NCBI GenBank assembly: GCA_964467515.1
Contig: CAYXQP010000004.1
Coordinates: forward strand, 1-39,300
Reading direction: 5' to 3'
DNA length: 39,300 nucleotides
From: an uncultured Eubacteriales bacterium
GTDB lineage: Bacteria; Bacillota; Sulfobacillia; DYIH01; JBBIPI01
Shown: piece by piece, positions 33,371 to 39,300 of the stretch
How positions within the stretch are numbered: position 1 is the stretch's first letter
How the letters are laid out: each line of letters opens with the position of its first letter
Made by a program: the position numbers and the translations under genes
The notes under the pieces: model-generated
Database searches by the model: none
Seen by the model: the letters and a program-made list of their open reading frames with translations, nothing else
Told to the model about the DNA's origin: nothing

Positions 33371-34287
33371 AGCGCGTGCGGGTGCGGGTGCCCGCCACGT
33401 CGGCCAACCTGGGGCCGGGCTTCGACTGCCTGGGTCTTGCCCTGGCCATGTGGAACGTGGTGACGGCCGAGCCCGCGCCGGCCTGGGAGGTGGAGGTGCG
33501 GGGGGAGGGGGAGGCTTCCCTGTCCCGGGGAGCCGACAACCTGGTGGCGCGGGCCGCCCGGCGGGCCCTGGAGGAGGCCGGCGCGGCCGGCATGGCCCTC
33601 AGGCTCGGCCTGGACAACGGGGTGCCCCTGGCGCGAGGGCTCGGGTCCAGCGCCGCCGCCGCCGTGGGCGGGCTCCTGGCGGCCGACGCCCTCCTGGGAC
33701 ACCCCCTGGGCCGGGAGCGACTGCTGGCCCTGGCGGTGGAGATGGAGGGGCATGGAGACAACGCGGCGCCGGCCCTCTGGGGCGGCCTCACGGTCTTTTC
33801 CCCGCGCAAGGGAGGGGGTGCCGTGGTGCGCCTCCCTCCCCCCTCCGGCCTGCGCCTGGGGTTGGTGATCCCCGAGGTGCCCGTGAGCACGACCGCCGCC
33901 CGGGCCGCCCTGCCCGGGACGGTGCCGCGGGACGACGCCGTCCACAACGTGCAGCGGGCCTGCCTGCTGGTGGCGGCGCTGGCGGCCGGCCGCCTCGACC
34001 TGCTGGGGGAGGCTCTCTCCGACCGCCTCCACCAGCCCTACCGGACGCGGCTGGTGCCGGGGTTGGCCGAGGCCATGGCAGGCGGTGTGGCGGGCGTCCT
34101 AGGGGTGTGCCTGAGCGGGTCCGGCCCGACCCTGCTGTGCTTTCTGGACCCCGAGCTGCCCGAGGAAGCCGTGGCGGCCGCCCTGTCCCTGGTGGCGTCA
34201 CCCCTCCGGGAGCGGGGGGTGGCTTGCCGCACGGCCCCCGTGGCTCCGGCCGCCGAGGGCGCCGTTGTGGTGGAGACCACCGTGTAA
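33367..34287 (+). CDS. thrB: Homoserine kinase
   Basis: VPATSANLGPGFD, PLARGLGSSAAA (GHMP motif), HQPYR, LSGSGPT. Confidence 0.96.
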   Translation: MKRVRVRVPATSANLGPGFDCLGLALAMWNVVTAEPAPAWEVEVRGEGEASLSRGADNLVARAARRALEEAGAAGMALRLGLDNGVPLARGLGSSAAAAVGGLLAADALLGHPLGRERLLALAVEMEGHGDNAAPALWGGLTVFSPRKGGGAVVRLPPPSGLRLGLVIPEVPVSTTAARAALPGTVPRDDAVHNVQRACLLVAALAAGRLDLLGEALSDRLHQPYRTRLVPGLAEAMAGGVAGVLGVCLSGSGPTLLCFLDPELPEEAVAAALSLVASPLRERGVACRTAPVAPAAEGAVVVETTV

Positions 34288-34293
34288 TAGAAT
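34265..34293 (+). promoter_or_regulatory. sigmaA promoter for secG-rnr
   Basis: TTGTGG-N17-TAGAAT. Confidence 0.7.
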
Positions 34294-34323
34294 GGCCATC
34301 GCAGCGGGAAAGGGGTTCACGCC

Positions 34324-34551
34324 ATGCTGGTCTTCCTCACCATACTGATGGTGATCTTCTCGCTGGGCCTGATAGCCGCCGTCATCCTCCAGTCGGGTCG
34401 GAGCGCCGGGCTGTCCGGCTCCATCGCCGGCGGCGCCGAGCAGATCTTCGGCAAGAAGAGAGGGTTGGACGAGTTCCTCTCCAAGCTGACCGTCTTCTTC
34501 GCCGCCGGTTTCTTCCTCACAGGGCTCCTCATCGCCGTGCTCGAGCGGTGA
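34324..34551 (+). CDS. secG: Preprotein translocase subunit SecG
   Basis: VILQSGRSAGLSGSIAGGAEQIFGK and a two-TM hairpin. Confidence 0.97.
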   Translation: MLVFLTILMVIFSLGLIAAVILQSGRSAGLSGSIAGGAEQIFGKKRGLDEFLSKLTVFFAAGFFLTGLLIAVLER

Positions 34552-34573
34552 CGGACGGGAGCAACCCCCGGCC

Positions 34574-36763
34574 ATGACCAGGGACGAGATCCTGGCCCAC
34601 CTGCGGGAGGCGGCCGCGCGGCCCCTCTCCGCCGAGGAGCTGGCCCGCGCCCTCGGGGCCACGGGCCGTGCCGCACGGCGCCTCGTGCGACTGCTGGAGG
34701 AGCTGGAGCAGGAGGGCGCCGTGGTGCGGACGCGGCTCGGCCGCTACGGCGTGCCCGAGCGCATGAACCTGGTGGTGGGCACACTGCAGGGGAGCGAGCG
34801 GGGTTACGCCTTCGTGGTGCCCCTGGCGGGCGGGCCCGATCTCTTCGTGCCGCCGGGCGCCATGGGCGACGCCCTCCACGGTGACCGGGTGGTGGCGCGC
34901 CTGACGGAGGGACGGCCGTCCGTCCGGGCGCGTCGCTCGCGGGGCGGGGCGGCGGGGGCGCGGCGCCAGGAGGCCGAGGTGATCCGGGTCCTGCGGCGCG
35001 CCAACGGGCGCCTGGTGGGCACCCTCGAGAGGAAGCGCGGCTTCGCCCTTGTCACCCCCGACGAGCGCAGGATTCCCTACGCCGTGCTGGTGCCCGGTCC
35101 CCTCGTGGGGGGCGCTCGGACCGGCGACAAGGTGGTGGTGGAGATCACCGCCTGGCCGGTCGGCAGACGGGCCATGGAGGGACGGGTCGTCCAGCGGCTG
35201 GGCCGGGCGGACGCGCCGGGCGTGGACGTGCTGTCGGTGGTCATGCGGCACGACTTGCCCCTGGAGTTCCCGGAGAAGGTGCTGAGGGAGGCCGAGGAGC
35301 GGGCCCGCGCGGGCGCCGAGGGGCCGCGGCGGGACCTGCGCCACCTGGTGGTCTTCACCATAGACGGGGAGGACGCCCGCGACCTGGACGACGCCGTGTC
35401 CGTGGAGCGGCCCGCCGGGGGGCGCGCCGCCTGGCGGCTGGGGGTCCACGTGGCCGACGTCTCCCACTACGTGCGTTCCGGCACGGCCCTGGACGCCGAG
35501 GCCCGCGAGCGGGCCACCAGCGTGTACCTGGTAGACAGGGTGCTGCCCATGCTGCCGCAGGTCCTCTCCAACGGTGTCTGCAGTCTGGACGCCGGCGTGG
35601 ACCGCCTCACCGTGTCGGTCTTCCTCGACCTGGACCGGCAGGGGAGGGTCCTGGCCAGCAGGGTGTTTCCCTCCGTCATCCGCAGCCGGGCGCGCCTCAC
35701 CTACACCGCCGTCTGGGAGCTCCTGCGCGGGGCGGCCGGGACGTGCGACGACCTGGCCGGTTTCCCCGCCGTCCGGGTGGCGGCCGAGGGCGAGGAGGCG
35801 GCTCTCCTGCCGCGGCTGCTGCGCGAGGCCGGGGCGGTGGCGGAGGCTCTCCGTGCCCGGCGGGTGCGGCGCGGCTCCGTGGACTTCGACCTCCCCGAGG
35901 CCAAGGTCCTCCTGGACGAGACCGGGCGGCCCGTGGTGGTGGCCAGGGAGGAGCGGACCCGCGCCCATCTTCTCATCGAGGACTGCATGATCGCGGCCAA
36001 CGAGGCCGTGGCCCGCCTCTGCCTGCAGCGCCAGGCCCCCTGCCTGTACCGGGTCCACGAGCCCCCCGATCCGGAGGAAGCCCGGGAGGTGGCGGCCCTC
36101 CTCTTCGAGCTGGGGGTTCCCTTCAAGGTGGGGGCGGAGCCTCGCCCCATGGCCTGGCAGCGCGCGGTGGCGGCGGTGCGCGGCCGTCCCGAGGAGGTCC
36201 TGGTCAACGCCGCCCTCCTGCGGAGCCTCAAGCGGGCGCGCTACGCCGCCGAAAACCTGGGCCACTTCGGCCTGGCCAGCCGCGCCTACTGCCACTTCAC
36301 CTCTCCCATCCGGCGGTACCCGGACCTGGTGGTGCACCGCCTCGTGAAGCACCTGGCGGCCGAGGGGGCCGTGCCGGCCGAGACCCTCGCCCGCCTGGCG
36401 GGGGACCTGCGGGACCTGGCCGCCCACTGCTCGGAGCGGGAGAGGCGCGCCGAGGAGGCGGAACAGGAGTCGGTGCGGGTCAAGATGGCCGCCTTCATGA
36501 AGGAGCACCTGGGCGAGGAGTGGCCGGCCCTCGTCACGGGGGTCACCAACTTCGGCCTTTTCGTCCAGCTGCCCAACCTGGTGGAGGGGCTGGTCCACGT
36601 GAGCACCCTCACCGACGACTACTACCGCGCCGACGCGCGGGGCGTCACCCTCGTCGGGGAGCGGACGGGCCGCCGCTTCCGCGTGGGCGACCGGGTCCGC
36701 GTCCGGGTGGCGGGCGCCGATCCCCTCAAGGGCACCGTGGATTTCGTGGTGGCCTCCCCTTAG
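34574..36763 (+). CDS. rnr: Ribonuclease R
   Basis: N-terminal HTH and cold-shock domains, IDGEDARDLDDA catalytic motif, HFTSPIRRYPDL, C-terminal S1 domain. Confidence 0.97.
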   Translation: MTRDEILAHLREAAARPLSAEELARALGATGRAARRLVRLLEELEQEGAVVRTRLGRYGVPERMNLVVGTLQGSERGYAFVVPLAGGPDLFVPPGAMGDALHGDRVVARLTEGRPSVRARRSRGGAAGARRQEAEVIRVLRRANGRLVGTLERKRGFALVTPDERRIPYAVLVPGPLVGGARTGDKVVVEITAWPVGRRAMEGRVVQRLGRADAPGVDVLSVVMRHDLPLEFPEKVLREAEERARAGAEGPRRDLRHLVVFTIDGEDARDLDDAVSVERPAGGRAAWRLGVHVADVSHYVRSGTALDAEARERATSVYLVDRVLPMLPQVLSNGVCSLDAGVDRLTVSVFLDLDRQGRVLASRVFPSVIRSRARLTYTAVWELLRGAAGTCDDLAGFPAVRVAAEGEEAALLPRLLREAGAVAEALRARRVRRGSVDFDLPEAKVLLDETGRPVVVAREERTRAHLLIEDCMIAANEAVARLCLQRQAPCLYRVHEPPDPEEAREVAALLFELGVPFKVGAEPRPMAWQRAVAAVRGRPEEVLVNAALLRSLKRARYAAENLGHFGLASRAYCHFTSPIRRYPDLVVHRLVKHLAAEGAVPAETLARLAGDLRDLAAHCSERERRAEEAEQESVRVKMAAFMKEHLGEEWPALVTGVTNFGLFVQLPNLVEGLVHVSTLTDDYYRADARGVTLVGERTGRRFRVGDRVRVRVAGADPLKGTVDFVVASP

Positions 36764-36921
36764 ATTCCGCCCGGAGCCGGAGGCGCCGGTGGCGGAGCTG
36801 GCGCCGGCGGTTCCCGCCTTTCCCGAGAACGGAGTTATCGAGTATGATGGGATGCGTGTGACGCTATGGTGCCATAGCACCATATACTTGGTCCCGGACT
36901 CATGCCAGCGGGGGGTCGCAC

Positions 36922-37113
36922 GTGGCGGCGGGGGACGCCAGGTTGCTGGCCAGCGTGCCGGTGCGCGGGGAGGCGGCGGAGGACGTTCTGCAGGTCGTCA
37001 ACGCCCTCCGGGAGGTGCTCCTTCCCCTGGACCTCTATCCGGAGATCCAGGAGACGAGGGACGGCCCGGTCTTCGTCCTGATCAGCCTGCCGGCGGGGCG
37101 GGAAGGGCGCTGA
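36922..37113 (+). CDS. Hypothetical 63-aa protein
   Basis: GGGGG RBS, strongly GC3-biased codons, amphipathic beta-alpha-beta-beta pattern. No family recognised. Confidence 0.65.
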   Translation: MAAGDARLLASVPVRGEAAEDVLQVVNALREVLLPLDLYPEIQETRDGPVFVLISLPAGREGR

Positions 37114-37138
37114 GGGGGCGGGTCGGCGCCGGCGCCGG

Positions 37139-37324
37139 TCAACGGCCCGGGTCGGGGGTGTCGTCGCGTTGGAGGCTGGTGAGGTAGTGCTCCAGGGCCG
37201 CCCTGATCACCTCGCTCTCGGTGACGCGACGGCCCGTCCGGCGATAGACATCGTATATGTGCTCCGCCAGGAGCCGGATGTGGCGGTCGTAGAGGTAAAA
37301 ACTTTTCCGGCGCAGGTTGTCCAT
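37139..37324 (-). CDS. Ribbon-helix-helix (CopG/Arc-like) DNA-binding protein
   Basis: Alternating beta strand RRKSFYL, helix A, G-turn, helix B ESEVIRAALEHYL; GAGGAG RBS; coding-like codon usage. Confidence 0.75.
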   Translation of the reverse strand: MDNLRRKSFYLYDRHIRLLAEHIYDVYRRTGRRVTESEVIRAALEHYLTSLQRDDTPDPGR

Positions 37325-37506
37325 CTCTATCTCTCCTCATTGTTACCATCCGGCATTATATGCCGACGGGACCGGTTGCGGCGATTGTTGGTGTGATGGT
37401 GGCTGGCGCGGCGGTACCCGCCCGCGGCCGTCTCGATTTGGTTGCGCAATGGGGTATCGGCAAGGGGCCGTTGCCTTTGCAGCGGACGACCGCCGCGGCC
37501 GGCTCG

Positions 37507-37535
37507 TTGTGCCGCGGTGCCGGCGATGGTAGATT
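37507..37535 (+). promoter_or_regulatory. sigmaA promoter for ccmH-smpB
   Basis: TTGTGC-N17-TAGATT with TG extension. Confidence 0.65.
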
Positions 37536-37673
37536 TAGCGGCGCGGGCTACTTTGCGTGCCGTTGGCGGGATACTCGGCTCCAGGCCCCACGTGCAGCCG
37601 ATCCGCGACGGCGGCCATGTCGGTGCCGGGCGACGCGGCGCGGCTACGGACGCCGCGAGTGGTGGGAGGTCCG

Positions 37674-38201
37674 ATGGCGAGGAGACGGTTTCTCCGGGCG
37701 GTGGTGGTGGTGGCGGTTTCCGTGGCGGTGCTGGCGGGACCGGTGGTCGCCGCGGCCCAGGAGGGGGCTCCGGCCAGGCTGACCCTCGCGCAGGAAAAGG
37801 TGGCCCTGGAAATCTCCAAGCTCCTGCGCTGTCCCGTCTGCACGGGTCAGTTGGTGGCTGAGTCCAGCTCGGAAAAGGCCCTGGAGATCCGGGAGGAGAT
37901 CAGGCGCATGGTGGCCGAGGGCAAGACGCGGCAGGAGATCCTGGACTACTATGCGCGCCGTTACGGGGACTGGATCCTGGCCAGCCCCCCGCTGCGGGGG
38001 GCCGGGCTGGTGACCTGGCTCTGGCCGGTGCTGGTCTTCGGCGTGGGCGCGCTCCTGATAGCCGCCTACGTCAAGCGGGTGCGCGCCCGTGCCGGCGCGG
38101 CGGTCCCCGGCGCGCGGCCGGAGGGCGCGCGGCCCGAGGGTGGGGGGCCCGGGGCGGCCAGCGAGGAGGAGTACCTGCGCCGGCTCCGGGACTACCTCTG
38201 A
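37674..38201 (+). CDS. ccmH: CcmH/CycL/NrfF-family cytochrome c biogenesis protein
   Basis: Signal/TM segment, LRCPVC, AESSS..A...R..I...V..G.T..EI..YY..RYG.WIL..PP, second TM helix; GGGAGG RBS. Confidence 0.85.
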   Translation: MARRRFLRAVVVVAVSVAVLAGPVVAAAQEGAPARLTLAQEKVALEISKLLRCPVCTGQLVAESSSEKALEIREEIRRMVAEGKTRQEILDYYARRYGDWILASPPLRGAGLVTWLWPVLVFGVGALLIAAYVKRVRARAGAAVPGARPEGARPEGGGPGAASEEEYLRRLRDYL

Positions 38202-38222
38202 GGGCCGCGAGGCGGCCGGAGC

Positions 38223-38696
38223 GTGGCCGGGGAGCGCGGCGTCAAGGTGCTGGCGGAGAACAGGAAGGCCCGCCACGACTACACCATCCTGGAGACGGTG
38301 GAGGCGGGCCTGGTGCTGACGGGGACGGAGATCAAGTCCCTGCGGGCCGGCCGGGTCAACATCAGGGACGCCCACGCCCGCGTGGAGAAGGGCGAGATCT
38401 TTATCTACAACATGCACGTCGCTCCCTACGAGCAGGGGGGGCGCTACAATCACCATCCGCTGCGGCCGCGCAAGCTCCTGCTCCATCGCCGCGAGATAGA
38501 CAGCCTGGCCGGCAAGGTCAGGCTCCAGGGGCTGACCCTCGTTCCCCTGCGCGTCTACCTCAAGGGAGGCTGGGCCAAGGTGGAGCTGGCCCTGGCCCGC
38601 GGCAAGAGGGCTTACGACAAGAGGCGCGACCTGGCCGAGAGGGAGGCGCGCCGCCGCATCGAGCGGGCGCTCAAAAACCGCTCGCCCGGAGCGTGA
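38223..38696 (+). CDS. smpB: SsrA-binding protein
   Basis: [42 protein letters not shown]. Confidence 0.98.
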   Translation: MAGERGVKVLAENRKARHDYTILETVEAGLVLTGTEIKSLRAGRVNIRDAHARVEKGEIFIYNMHVAPYEQGGRYNHHPLRPRKLLLHRREIDSLAGKVRLQGLTLVPLRVYLKGGWAKVELALARGKRAYDKRRDLAEREARRRIERALKNRSPGA

Positions 38697-38704
38697 CGAC
38701 GGCG

Positions 38705-38710
38705 TATAAT
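38705..38710 (+). promoter_or_regulatory. -10 box for ssrA
   Basis: TATAAT 26 bp before the mature tmRNA 5' end. Confidence 0.65.
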
Positions 38711-38736
38711 ATGTGTCGTCGTGGCGAGCCCGACTC

Positions 38737-39080
38737 GGGGGTGAACAGGTTCGACGACGGCCGGATGGACGGGGGAAGCGAGCCGAGGGCGTCTCGTTAA
38801 ACCGCGTCGCACGATAAGTGCCAACGAAGAGCTCGCTCTGGCTGCCTGATTAGCGCAGCCACGTCCGCCGGGACCGCTCCCGCCGGTTCCGGATAGGGCG
38901 CCAGCCAGCGGGATGGCCCCGGTGCCGCGGCCCTAGGTCCCGGGGCGAGACGCGAGGGCTGGCCGGCGGCGGTCCCGCCTCCGGGGACGCCGTCCGGCGA
39001 GAGGAAAGCGGGGGCTACGCTCGTAGATGCCTCCGTTGGTCCGCCGGCGGACGAGGGTGCGACTCCCTCCACCTCCACCA
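38737..39080 (+). ncRNA. ssrA: tmRNA; tag (A)ANEELALAA encoded at 38820-38849
   Basis: 5' GGGGGTG pairs with 3' CACCTCC-ACCA with G3:U; TTCGAC in the 5' domain; ATAAGT resume context; tag ends ALAA-stop; follows smpB. Confidence 0.97.
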
Positions 39081-39094
39081 ATCCGTATCACAGC

Positions 39095-39114
39095 GGGCGC
39101 GCAAGCGCCTTTTT
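39095..39114 (+). terminator. ssrA intrinsic terminator
   Basis: GGCGC-GCAA-GCGCC then TTTTT. Confidence 0.7.
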
Positions 39115-39183
39115 CATACCCGCCTCGTCCTCATGACTACACCGGGCGGCGGCACACCCTATGGCGCGAAGGGGGGTAGCCCC

Positions 39184-39300
39184 GTGCCCGCCGCCCTCTC
39201 GCTGGGACTCTATCTCCGCCGCAACTGGCGCCGCGTCCTGCCCGTGGCCGCGGTCATCGTCCTGGCCGTCTTCGCCGTCAGCACCACGGCCTCCCTCACC
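39184..39300 (+). CDS. Probable ABC-transporter permease (FtsX-like), N-terminus only
   Basis: GGGGGG RBS and GTG start; MPAALSLGLYLRRNWRRVLPVAAVIVLAVFAVS resembles the basic amphipathic helix plus first TM of FtsX-type permeases. Truncated by window edge. Confidence 0.5.
   Translation, partial: MPAALSLGLYLRRNWRRVLPVAAVIVLAVFAVSTTASLT

Noticed and set aside
36922-37324. Type II toxin-antitoxin pair
   Set aside because: The genes are convergent rather than co-transcribed, and the 63-aa protein shows no PIN, RelE, MazF or HicA signature I can recognise.
39081-39300. Genomic island or prophage integrated at the tmRNA 3' end
   Set aside because: ssrA is followed by a normal terminator and a host-like permease start. 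No integrase or duplicated att sequence occurs in the window; sequence beyond the edge cannot be assessed.

Overview
This 39.3-kb window is high-GC core chromosome from a flagellated, endospore-forming Bacillota member (Thermaerobacter/Symbiobacterium/Limnochordia-like; taxon inferred, not proven). In order it holds: the 3' part of an rRNA operon (partial tRNA-Ile, tRNA-Ala, 23S, 5S); rho-rpmE-DUF1385-prfA-prmC-sua5-ywlE-rpiB-dCMP deaminase-MazG-like; tagO-mnaA/wecB; a complete F1Fo atp operon; and the Bacillus/Clostridium-type block murA-spoIID-spoIIID-mbl-flhO-flhP-fabZ. These are followed by thrC-thrB and secG-rnr-smpB-ssrA (tmRNA). Three insertions break the conserved synteny and are the most interesting parts. 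(1) An orphan A1-type heme-copper oxidase subunit I keeps all six His ligands and the D-channel but has lost the K-channel Lys/Thr, and has a new Lys nine residues earlier; a small CDGSH Fe-S gene lies next to it. (2) A local c-di-GMP circuit: a c-di-GMP-I riboswitch whose P1 strand is an exact antiterminator for a downstream terminator (predicted OFF switch) controls flhO-flhP, facing a membrane diguanylate cyclase with an internally duplicated, unrecognised sensor domain. (3) An islet between rnr and smpB encodes a 63-aa unknown protein, a ribbon-helix-helix protein and an orphan CcmH. Other oddities are a divergent MurA, atypical rotor elements in the ATP synthase, a missing spoIIQ and a non-canonical tmRNA T-loop. 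No mobile element, CRISPR array or integrase was seen. Residue equivalences and start codons were assigned by eye from remembered reference sequences and need alignment to confirm.
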